NCBI GenBank assembly: GCA_022560375.1
Contig: JADFTK010000001.1
Span: 1 to 62,519, forward strand
Reading direction: 5' to 3'
Length of the DNA: 62,519 nucleotides
Origin: Patescibacteria group bacterium
GTDB taxonomy: Bacteria; Patescibacteriota; Patescibacteriia; UBA10025; JAHIVO01
The notes beneath the pieces are model-generated. The model saw only the letters and a program-made list of their open reading frames with translations. It was not told where the DNA came from and did no database searches. A program made the translations under genes and the position numbers. Each line of letters starts with the position of its first letter. The stretch's first letter is position 1. This document shows positions 55,134 to 62,210 of this stretch, piece by piece.

Positions 55134-55982
55134 ATGCGTTGGAACTTACACCAAAAAAAAATTCAGAAACACCACCAACAGGCACCAGCTTATAAAAACC
55201 CGCTCTTTGCAAAAAAAACCTGGCAGCTTTATGTCATACAGAGGATTGGGTTAATCAGCTGGCTGACTATATTAGCGCTTATAGTATTTATTTATTTTAT
55301 ATTTTACTCCTCATTATTTCAAATTACCAAAGTTGAAATTAAGGGAACAGTGGATATTTCCCCAACAACAATTAAGGAAAAAATGGTGGACTGGCAGATG
55401 CAGCAGGGCCGATGGGTTATATTCAAACAGAATAACCTAGTTCTGTTTGACCAAAACTGGCTAGTTAGCAATATTAACCAGGAATATCCAATTGAATCGA
55501 TTAATATCACCAAAGATTTCCCTAACACTTTGGTAGTATCTATCGTAGAAAAAAAACCTGAATTTGTTTGGGTGTCAAACGGTCAGTATTATTACATCAG
55601 TAGCAATGGGCTAATTGACCAGAAAATTGAAAATTCTGAACCCGCAGCCAGCTTGCCCCATATCAACGATGAGTCCAATGAAGAAATTAGCACTGGCCAA
55701 GAAGTGCTAAACGAACAAAAATTATCTTTTTTCAAAGAACTTAACATTGCCTTAATTGCCATGCCCTCTGTAAATATTATTGCGTACTCAGTGCCTAATA
55801 TAATTGTCCCCCAAATAAATGTAAGCGTCGAAGAAGGATATCAAATATTTTTCGAAACAAATAAATCTTTGGAACAGCAAATTAATAAATTGAAAAGGAT
55901 CATTGAAGAGGGGACTATTATAAAAGAAAATCCCCAGGAATATGTTGATTTACGTATTGGAGACCGAGTTTACATTAAATAA
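55134..55982 (+). CDS. ftsQ: cell-division protein FtsQ/DivIB-like (POTRA domain)
   Basis: Single TM followed by I.KVEIKGT..IS...I. Position directly after ddl, as in dcw clusters. Confidence 0.65.
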   Translation: MRWNLHQKKIQKHHQQAPAYKNPLFAKKTWQLYVIQRIGLISWLTILALIVFIYFIFYSSLFQITKVEIKGTVDISPTTIKEKMVDWQMQQGRWVIFKQNNLVLFDQNWLVSNINQEYPIESINITKDFPNTLVVSIVEKKPEFVWVSNGQYYYISSNGLIDQKIENSEPAASLPHINDESNEEISTGQEVLNEQKLSFFKELNIALIAMPSVNIIAYSVPNIIVPQINVSVEEGYQIFFETNKSLEQQINKLKRIIEEGTIIKENPQEYVDLRIGDRVYIK

Positions 55983-55990
55983 CAATAAGC

Positions 55991-56425
55991 ATGCTACTAG
56001 TAACCCACGTATTAACTGGTGCGGTCATTGGCCAAAAAATAAGCGATCCTATAGTACTGACCCTACTAGCCTTAGGTTCTCATTTCCTGCTGGACTGGAT
56101 ACCGCACTGGAGCTATAATGTACCAAAAACAAATTCCCTGAGAGAATTTGTTAAGCTTCTTCCTGACATTCTACCGTCAATATTGATATATGTCGTCTTT
56201 ATCTTTTCTTATCCTGATCAATGGGTACTTATCACTCTAGGGGTGACTATGGCTATACTACCAGATTTTATCACTCTCACTCGGCACTCAAAAAATTTGA
56301 GTAAAATATTTGAAAAAATAAATTATTGGCATGGACGTATCCAAGTGCATGATGAAAAAATTCTCGGTCTAGTTTCCCAGGTCATTTACGTAGCGCTACT
56401 TATTATAATCCTTTATTCCGTTTAA
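55991..56425 (+). CDS. small membrane protein, possibly DUF457/YdjM-like metal-dependent hydrolase
   Basis: 144 aa with 4 hydrophobic segments. THVLTGAVIG...HFLLDWIPHW resembles the His/Asp pattern of that family (weak call). Confidence 0.35.
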   Translation: MLLVTHVLTGAVIGQKISDPIVLTLLALGSHFLLDWIPHWSYNVPKTNSLREFVKLLPDILPSILIYVVFIFSYPDQWVLITLGVTMAILPDFITLTRHSKNLSKIFEKINYWHGRIQVHDEKILGLVSQVIYVALLIIILYSV

Positions 56426-56432
56426 CAACCTT

Positions 56433-57104
56433 ATGATAAAACAGATCAAAAAGAAAAAAAAATGGCTTTCACCGACCGGGATAGAAAGTTCGAAACGCTG
56501 CCAGCGCTGTTTCTGGCTGAGGTATAACAAAAAACTGTACCAGCCAGAAGGCATTGTTTCTCGACTGGCTAACCGCTTCGATACCATTTTAAAAAAGTAT
56601 TTCGATTTATATCGACCGCTAGGAGAACTCCCACCAATGATAGAGGGTATGGTTGAGGGAAAACTCCTGCACCCTTTTCAGGAAACTTATTTCTATCACC
56701 ATGATGAAGACTATGGTTACATGGGCAAGCTAGATGAAACCCTAATATCAGATAAAAAAAAATACACCCCGCTTGATTTCAAAACCTCCAGCTCTGACCC
56801 TAATACTAAGCCATTAATCCCTGCCTATCAGTCTCAGATGGATAGCTACGCCTTTTTACTCGAAAAAAATAATCGGCCCACCACTGGCCTCGGTCATTTA
56901 TTATTTTTCTTCCCCAGTGAAGCTAAGGATTTACATAATCGTTTTCCCATGCAGATCACCTTAAAAACTATCAAAACAAATCCCCAGTCCGCCTATAATG
57001 AATTTCTGGGCGCCATAAAAATTCTCGAGGAAAAAATCCCAGACTCATCCGCCAACTGCCCCTTCTGTAATTGGAGAGTGGAGATTGCTAAACATACAAC
57101 CTAA
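56433..57104 (+). CDS. PD-(D/E)XK nuclease, RecB/Cas4-like, with four cysteines
   Basis: N-terminal CQRC, GKLD...LDFK (D...D-x-K), QSQMDSY (QxxxY), C-terminal CPFC. Confidence 0.6.
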   Translation: MIKQIKKKKKWLSPTGIESSKRCQRCFWLRYNKKLYQPEGIVSRLANRFDTILKKYFDLYRPLGELPPMIEGMVEGKLLHPFQETYFYHHDEDYGYMGKLDETLISDKKKYTPLDFKTSSSDPNTKPLIPAYQSQMDSYAFLLEKNNRPTTGLGHLLFFFPSEAKDLHNRFPMQITLKTIKTNPQSAYNEFLGAIKILEEKIPDSSANCPFCNWRVEIAKHTT

Positions 57105-57118
57105 CCAGACAGCGTAAA

Positions 57119-57151
57119 CAAAAAAGGCCATCTTATCATGAGGCCTTTTTT
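57119..57151. terminator. bidirectional terminator between convergent genes
   Basis: AAAAAAGGCC...GGCCTTTTTT hairpin flanked by an A-run and a T-run. Lies between the ends of 56433..57104(+) and hup(-). Confidence 0.6.
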
Positions 57152-57165
57152 GTTATTCCTAATTA

Positions 57166-57447
57166 CTAGAGAATAGATTCTTTGGCTGCTTTTGCAACCC
57201 TAAATTTCACTACAACCTTAGCAGGAATCTGGATTGTTTCACCAGTTGCGGGATTACGTCCCACTCGGGCTTTACGATCCTTTTTTACCAACTTACCAAT
57301 GCCAGGGAAGGTAAATTCACCGTTGTTCTTTACCTCACTGTATGCAGTCTCAGTTATCAGATCCATGAAAGATATTACCTCTTTCTTGGAAAGACCTGAC
57401 TTTTCGGCTAGGTGGCTCAATAGCTGGGATTTTGTCATTTTTGCCAT
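57166..57447 (-). CDS. hup: HU-family nucleoid-associated DNA-binding protein
   Basis: 93 aa. ...MTKSQL...LAEK.GLSKKEV..F.DL...........G.F.FPGIGKL.....KAR.GRNP.TGE.I.IPAK.V.KF...K. Confidence 0.9.
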   Translation of the reverse strand: MAKMTKSQLLSHLAEKSGLSKKEVISFMDLITETAYSEVKNNGEFTFPGIGKLVKKDRKARVGRNPATGETIQIPAKVVVKFRVAKAAKESIL

Positions 57448-57486
57448 GGCTATTTTGCTTTATTAATAAGCTAATTAAGTGACCTT

Positions 57487-57504
57487 TTACTATAATAGTA
57501 TAAC
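57487..57504. repeat. left copy of 18-nt direct repeat TTACnATAATAGTATAAC
   Basis: TTACTATAATAGTATAAC, 17/18 identical to 60861-60878. Lies 39 nt beyond the hup start codon. Confidence 0.7.
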
Positions 57505-57716
57505 AAAGGCTGTGGAAAAAGCCAGTATTTATAGGGCTAAATTGATTATGGTGGTGGATATTGGCTGAGGTTAGCCAAAAGAAAATACTAAGTCTATTAT
57601 ATTAAAAAACATGGCGTTTTCTAATTTGACAAAGAAATAATCAGATATAAGTTAATATAATGTTCATTAGAAAAAAATAAATTACTTACCCAAACGAAAA
57701 CTGAAGGTGGTGACTC

Positions 57717-57827
57717 ATGAATCTATCATACATTCTTCTTATTACTGCGGCGGCTGCGTGGCTATATAAGCTTTGCTTTCGCCATACTGCGCAGCACCGG
57801 GGAAAGTCTAAAAGAATCTTTACATAG
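57717..57827 (+). CDS. 36-aa hydrophobic/basic miniprotein, possibly the 5' part of a frameshifted 2-TM gene
   Basis: SD-like GAAGGTGG 8 nt upstream. MNLSYILLITAAAAWLYKLCFRHTAQHRGKSKRIFT. The +1 frame stays open to 58002 and encodes a second TM. Confidence 0.35.
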   Translation: MNLSYILLITAAAAWLYKLCFRHTAQHRGKSKRIFT

Positions 57828-57991
57828 TAAAGTTTCTGCAGAGGACACCCAAAACAGGTACGATAAGTATAACCGGCTCAAAAAATGGTTTTTTGTCCTC
57901 GCTATACTGATGGTGCTAATCGCTGCAGCTGTAGCAGTTATCTACCAGGCTCATCGAAATCAATGCCACCGGCTAACAATTATGAACCTTA

Positions 57992-58026
57992 AACAGGGCT
58001 GAATTTACTTCAGCCCTGTTTTTTTT
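57992..58026 (+). terminator. strong rho-independent terminator
   Basis: AACAGGGCTGAA (57992-58003) pairs with TTCAGCCCTGTT (58009-20), followed by TTTTTT. Confidence 0.8.
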
Positions 58027-58091
58027 ATTGACACCAGACAATCATATGCCCTACACTTAAGTCAACACCATTTATTCTAGGAGGGTAGAGT

Positions 58092-58523
58092 ATGTTCCTT
58101 GACATTGTTATTCCTCCAGATATTGCTGAACAAATCAGCTATACTAACGTTACGGTTGTTTCCTACAAAATTGGCGGTGGCCTATACGCTGGCCAGATAA
58201 AATCCGACGATACCGGATCAAAACTGGTAGATGTAGCGTGCCAAAGTACCTCTAGCGAAGATGTACAGCAAACCTTGCATGCTCTGGTCAGGACTACCAG
58301 AGACTTCATGTCCAGCGGCAAATGGGATGGAGGCCATCTACATTGCATCATAGAAAGCCAGAAAATCAGTATCGCGGATGCACTGAATCCCACAACTGAC
58401 TGCCGGAAAGTTTCCGTAGTAGAAGCACTTCAGATCGAAATCAACTGCGTAAAGATTTCTGTCTCTGAAGCGCTAATTTTATCTGGGGCCATAACTCCCC
58501 AAGACGATGAGCAGACGTACTAA
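58092..58523 (+). CDS. hypothetical protein with three 15-residue repeats
   Basis: Strong SD (AGGAGGG). 143 aa. KISIADAL / KVSVVEAL / KISVSEAL at residues 91, 106 and 121. Confidence 0.55.
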   Translation: MFLDIVIPPDIAEQISYTNVTVVSYKIGGGLYAGQIKSDDTGSKLVDVACQSTSSEDVQQTLHALVRTTRDFMSSGKWDGGHLHCIIESQKISIADALNPTTDCRKVSVVEALQIEINCVKISVSEALILSGAITPQDDEQTY

Positions 58524-58540
58524 ACCACGTCTGCTTTTTT
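58511..58540 (+). terminator. rho-independent terminator overlapping the stop codon
   Basis: GCAGACGT (58511-18) pairs with ACGTCTGC (58527-34), followed by TTTTTT. Confidence 0.75.
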
Positions 58541-58617
58541 ATATTGACTAATAAAGTAAGTGGGGATAGGGTAGTGATAGATAGAAAATAAAGAACTTTA
58601 AAAAAAGAGGTATAACC

Positions 58618-59112
58618 ATGAGCTTAAAGAGCTGGTTACTGGATGAGCCTGGATATTGGAAGCTTCCGATATATATATTATTCTCCAGCTTCACTTTGCT
58701 GGCTATTGGAATAACTATAGGGTCTGCCCTTTACTTCCTAGAAATCGACACACCACCACGGCCAGATATCGAAACTTTAGTTAGAATGGAATGGGATGCT
58801 GTAATTTCCATCGTACTAGTACTGGTCTTGGCTGAAGAATTCTTTTTTAGATTCCTACCAATTATGATAGGCCGGTCCTTACTCAACAGCCTGCCGATCA
58901 CCATACTGCTATGCCTAATCAGTTCGATAATATTTGGTTATCTGCATGGCAACCACTGGAACATTCTTGTCCAGGGAGTAATCGGCATTGGATTCTGTCT
59001 CATCTACCTGAAATGTGGTGGCATAAATAAAAAAATCGTAAAGCCTTATTTGACAACTTCGGCAGTACATTTTCTTTACAACATTTTTTCATTTGCACCA
59101 ATCATTCTCTAG
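58618..59112 (+). CDS. CPBP family intramembrane glutamic endopeptidase (CAAX protease/Abi family)
   Basis: 164 aa and polytopic. Motif 1 LAEEFFFRF, motif 2 FGYLHG, motif 3 SAVHFLYN. Confidence 0.7.
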   Translation: MSLKSWLLDEPGYWKLPIYILFSSFTLLAIGITIGSALYFLEIDTPPRPDIETLVRMEWDAVISIVLVLVLAEEFFFRFLPIMIGRSLLNSLPITILLCLISSIIFGYLHGNHWNILVQGVIGIGFCLIYLKCGGINKKIVKPYLTTSAVHFLYNIFSFAPIIL

Positions 59113-59148
59113 TCCACGTAATACATAATAAATACGTGGACTTTTTTT
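59112..59148 (+). terminator. rho-independent terminator
   Basis: GTCCACGTA (59112-20) pairs with TACGTGGAC (59133-41), followed by TTTTTTT. Confidence 0.75.
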
Positions 59149-59153
59149 ATTAA

Positions 59154-59195
59154 TAAAAAAAGGCAGACCTTCTAAGAATGAGAAGTATCTGCCTT
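59154..59195 (-). terminator. rho-independent terminator for the minus-strand gene pair
   Basis: AAGGCAGA-C-CTTCT ... AGAAG-TA-TCTGCCTT compound hairpin (59160-59195). The A-run 59155-61 becomes the U-tract on the minus strand. Confidence 0.7.
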
Positions 59196-59197
59196 GT

Positions 59198-59213
59198 ACC
59201 TATGTAATTGGCC
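59198..59213. repeat. 16-nt exact direct repeat ACCTATGTAATTGGCC, copy 1 (just downstream of the lipoprotein stop)
   Basis: Identical to 59262-59277. Confidence 0.85.
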
Positions 59214-59220
59214 TTATATA

Positions 59221-59721
59221 TTAAAGCCGTAAAGAGCTATAGTGTTCGCCCCCAAGCAACCACCTATGTAATTGGCCGTTCACAAACACGTCGATAGTCT
59301 GATTCGGCTTCACTTGATCACGCCACGCGGTCAGGACAATATCATATTCACCCTCATGCGGACGACGCAGAGTGATACAAATGTCAATATCGTGCCCAAA
59401 GGCATGCGGGTTTTCACTACCTATTACCACCATGATGTCATCTTTGAACCACATAACTTTATGGACTTTTTTACCAAGTGTTTTGCAGTCCTCAAATACA
59501 CACGTATCACACGATACAAACACGGTATCTACCACGGTTGAATCATTCACAATCACATGCACTGTATCATAGTGGATGATGATAAGTGTATCAACAGTCT
59601 GTTCCGGTGGATCAATCGGCACAGTGGGGGAATAGGTGGGGGAATAGCGTTCGCTATCGCAAGCACCAACAAACATAATTACGGTCACTAACAATGGCAT
59701 CAAACCTGAATATTTCAGCAT
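59221..59721 (-). CDS. hypothetical lipoprotein
   Basis: 166 aa with signal peptide plus lipobox (LLVTVIMFVGAC). No family recognised. Confidence 0.6.
   Translation of the reverse strand: MLKYSGLMPLLVTVIMFVGACDSERYSPTYSPTVPIDPPEQTVDTLIIIHYDTVHVIVNDSTVVDTVFVSCDTCVFEDCKTLGKKVHKVMWFKDDIMVVIGSENPHAFGHDIDICITLRRPHEGEYDIVLTAWRDQVKPNQTIDVFVNGQLHRWLLGGEHYSSLRL
59262..59277. repeat. 16-nt exact direct repeat, copy 2 (inside the 3' end of the lipoprotein gene)
   Basis: Identical to 59198-59213. On the minus strand it encodes GQLHRW. Confidence 0.85.
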
Positions 59722-59746
59722 ACAATCTACCTTTCTCCAATTTCAA

Positions 59747-60712
59747 TTAATGGCCAAACAGTATGGCCACGACCTGCAAACGTGTCGACCATCCATACTT
59801 CACATCATTCGAGCGCCACGTCTCATCAAAGCCATAGCCCATCAAGCCACGAACTTCAAGCCAATGATACCGATAGGTGAGTCCGCCTTCGAAAACTCTA
59901 CGTTTAAGTAAATAGTCGAACTGCCCTTTAGTATCGTTCTCAGTTTGGCTAACGCCAATTATCACATTGAGCATGGTGGTACTACAAACGAGTGTGTCGT
60001 AAAGATTCGAACAATCTTCCACGCGGTAAGTAAAATATAGACCATAATACAGTCCATATGCATCCACCTGTCTGCCTAGCTCCACAGTCTGCGAATTAGT
60101 AACCAACGAATGACCAACTTGCCCTTCCATGACAATTCTATCTGTCAGACGCAAACGTCCGCCAAGCGTAAATACGAAATTCGCATCAGGAGCCGTCGAA
60201 ATACCCAGTGTCATTCCACCGAAATAGCGGTTGAAGAAAATATAATTCTCTTGCTGAACATATCTCGTTTCATATATTGTCGTATCTGATCCTTCATAAA
60301 TGGGAAGTAGGGAAACTTCGACAGCTACAAATCTATATACACCTCCTGTATCAGACTTGATAAAGCAAGTCTCTTTGATAATCCTATCTTCAGCGAGACC
60401 CATATCAAGCAAAATCTCTTTGAGCGTGATCAGACGATCGTTAGCCAAACCGCCGTTACTACCATCATGAGATTTACTATAACGAGTTTTATCGACACCA
60501 GCTGTCAATATAACTCCCTGGTCCGGTACTGCCTGTACATACCTGACAAGTGATCGAAGTGCGGGGAAATATGGACTCCAGAAACTCTGGGGCATACTTT
60601 CACCGATCCCGGGTTCAAAATTGCTAATAACGATCTTGTCTGGGGTGGCCAAGACTTCTGAGAAGCTCAGGATCGAGAATAACAATAGCAACATCACAAT
60701 ACGTTGTGCCAT
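59747..60712 (-). CDS. secreted protein, C-terminal half beta-barrel-like
   Basis: 321 aa. Signal peptide MAQRIVMLLLLFSILSFSEVLA. From about residue 160 there are alternating hydrophobic/polar strands rich in Y/G/T (YGLYYGLYFTYRV, GGLTYRYHWLEVRGLMGYGF). Family not identified. Confidence 0.55.
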   Translation of the reverse strand: MAQRIVMLLLLFSILSFSEVLATPDKIVISNFEPGIGESMPQSFWSPYFPALRSLVRYVQAVPDQGVILTAGVDKTRYSKSHDGSNGGLANDRLITLKEILLDMGLAEDRIIKETCFIKSDTGGVYRFVAVEVSLLPIYEGSDTTIYETRYVQQENYIFFNRYFGGMTLGISTAPDANFVFTLGGRLRLTDRIVMEGQVGHSLVTNSQTVELGRQVDAYGLYYGLYFTYRVEDCSNLYDTLVCSTTMLNVIIGVSQTENDTKGQFDYLLKRRVFEGGLTYRYHWLEVRGLMGYGFDETWRSNDVKYGWSTRLQVVAILFGH

Positions 60713-60860
60713 TCAAAAACCTCCAAAAAAAGTTAAGGGTTGATATTTAAACTATCTTTTTCTTTTATTTCTTTCAAAGAACAAAAATTGTATGAAAATA
60801 CATTCTACATTTTTTTTCAGCCAATGTCAATAGATGCCTTGACCCTATAAAAAGCCTGTA

Positions 60861-60878
60861 TTACAATAATAGTATAAC
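60861..60878. repeat. right copy of 18-nt direct repeat TTACnATAATAGTATAAC
   Basis: TTACAATAATAGTATAAC, about 65 nt upstream of the recombinase ATG. Also reads as TTACAA-N16-TATAAT (60883-88), a plausible promoter. Confidence 0.7.
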
Positions 60879-60908
60879 TGCGTATAATAACTCTTACACT
60901 CAGTTATA
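60873..60908. repeat. 8-bp inverted repeat TATAACTG-N20-CAGTTATA upstream of the recombinase gene
   Basis: TATAACTG 60873-80 and CAGTTATA 60901-08. Overlaps the right direct-repeat copy. Confidence 0.6.
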
Positions 60909-60943
60909 ACAGCCCTAAAATCCCCTGTAACATATAGGTATAT

Positions 60944-61879
60944 ATGCTCCCACATTTAGACGATTACCTCCTAAGTCTACAAACAAATAACTATTCCGAG
61001 AAAACAGTTTATAACTATGAACGGGACCTTAAAGTATTCGAACAATGGATGGATAAGGATGCCAAAACACCCTTCAAGGCCCTTAAAAGACGCCAGATTG
61101 ACCTCTACAAGGCCTATTTAGTCTCGAGGGATAGAATGACTGCCGAAGCCCAAAAAGGGCTTAAAAAGCTAAACTCTTACTCCATAAACAGGATGCTCTC
61201 GGCCCTACGCTCCTACCTGAAATATCTGCTAGATAATGACTACGAATGCCCTATCAGCCCCCAGATGATACGACTGACCAAGACTACCAAAAAGCATCCT
61301 CAGGTAGCTGAATTAGCAGATATTATACGGCTCATCGAAGCGCCCACTAAGTATGAAAAAGAAAAGCATATTGCCCTCCGCAACCGTGCCATGATGGAGG
61401 TTCTGTTTGCCACTGGCATGCGTATCTCGGAATTGCTAAGCTTAAATAAGAATCAAATAGATCCCACCGGCAAGATATTCATCGAGGGTAAAGGGCGGAA
61501 ACAAAGATTTGTCTATATGACTTCGAGAGCCAAACAACATGCAGAAAAATATTTAAATAGCCGTTCTGATAATCACCCCGCCCTCTTTATCCCCTACCGC
61601 GGCTCACGTGCCGGTTCCATCAATTCACGTATCTCTACAAACTATCTACAAATGAAAATCAAAGAGTACCGTGATCTCCTAAAAATAAATGTGCCCACTT
61701 CTGCTCACAGTTTACGCCACGGCTTTGCCACCTACCTCGCCGAGCAAGGCGCCAACCCCGCTGCCATTCAGATCCTACTAGGCCATGAATCGCTCGATAC
61801 AACCACTAGGTATGTAAACGCCTCAGACAAATACGCGGAGCGTACCCACAAAAAATTTCATCCACTTAAAGATAATTGA
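60944..61879 (+). CDS. tyrosine site-specific recombinase, XerC/XerD-like
   Basis: 311 aa. SAM-like N-domain (NYSEKTVYNYERDLKVFEQW). Catalytic R in RNRAMMEVLFATGMRISEL, GKGRKQR, HSLRHGFAT, LLGHESLDTTTRY. Confidence 0.85.
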   Translation: MLPHLDDYLLSLQTNNYSEKTVYNYERDLKVFEQWMDKDAKTPFKALKRRQIDLYKAYLVSRDRMTAEAQKGLKKLNSYSINRMLSALRSYLKYLLDNDYECPISPQMIRLTKTTKKHPQVAELADIIRLIEAPTKYEKEKHIALRNRAMMEVLFATGMRISELLSLNKNQIDPTGKIFIEGKGRKQRFVYMTSRAKQHAEKYLNSRSDNHPALFIPYRGSRAGSINSRISTNYLQMKIKEYRDLLKINVPTSAHSLRHGFATYLAEQGANPAAIQILLGHESLDTTTRYVNASDKYAERTHKKFHPLKDN

Positions 61880-61883
61880 ATTT

Positions 61884-62204
61884 ATGAATATCCAATGGCT
61901 AAAAAATATTATTGAAAAAATTAATTTAAATATTTCTTCGAGTCGTATAAATTCACCAAACTATAAAAGTAAAACTATTATAAAAAGTTCTGGATTGAAG
62001 CCCGAAGAAGCAAAACAACTAATAACGGATGTGTTAAATTCAAATACTATTATAGCAGGTTTAAAATCAATTGCAGAACAAACATATAATGAAAGGTTTA
62101 TTGATTTTAAAAACGAAATTAAATCAAGGATCTCAAATCTTGATAAAACTGAGCTGTTGAAACTAGCTGATCCTTCAACACATGTATTACTAATTGAAGC
62201 GTGA
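61884..62204 (+). CDS. hypothetical protein (very AT-rich)
   Basis: 106-aa ORF starting 4 nt after the recombinase stop. No motif recognised. Confidence 0.4.
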   Translation: MNIQWLKNIIEKINLNISSSRINSPNYKSKTIIKSSGLKPEEAKQLITDVLNSNTIIAGLKSIAEQTYNERFIDFKNEIKSRISNLDKTELLKLADPSTHVLLIEA

Positions 62205-62210
62205 AAATAA

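Larger units (their letters stand above)
57487..60878. mobile_element. candidate integrated island bounded by the 18-nt repeats (hypothesis)
   Basis: Flanking direct repeats, an adjacent tyrosine recombinase gene, accessory-type ORFs each with its own terminator, and locally higher G+C by eye (for example, the 60 nt from 59761 are 55% G+C). Confidence 0.35.

Noticed and set aside
58092-58181. Possible double-glycine bacteriocin leader (…VVSYKIGGG) at the N-terminus of ORF 58092.
   Set aside because: The preceding sequence lacks the conserved LS..EL..I pattern. The would-be mature part is 113 aa, and no C39 peptidase/ABC exporter gene is nearby.
57487-61879. Integron interpretation: a tyrosine recombinase with the cassette array upstream of its 5' end, and the repeats as attI/attC.
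   Set aside because: The recombinase is Xer-sized, and I could not see the extra IntI-specific insertion. The segment holds several ORFs in both orientations, each with its own terminator, rather than promoterless single-ORF cassettes each followed by an imperfect-palindrome attC. Kept only as a remote alternative, to be excluded with IntegronFinder.
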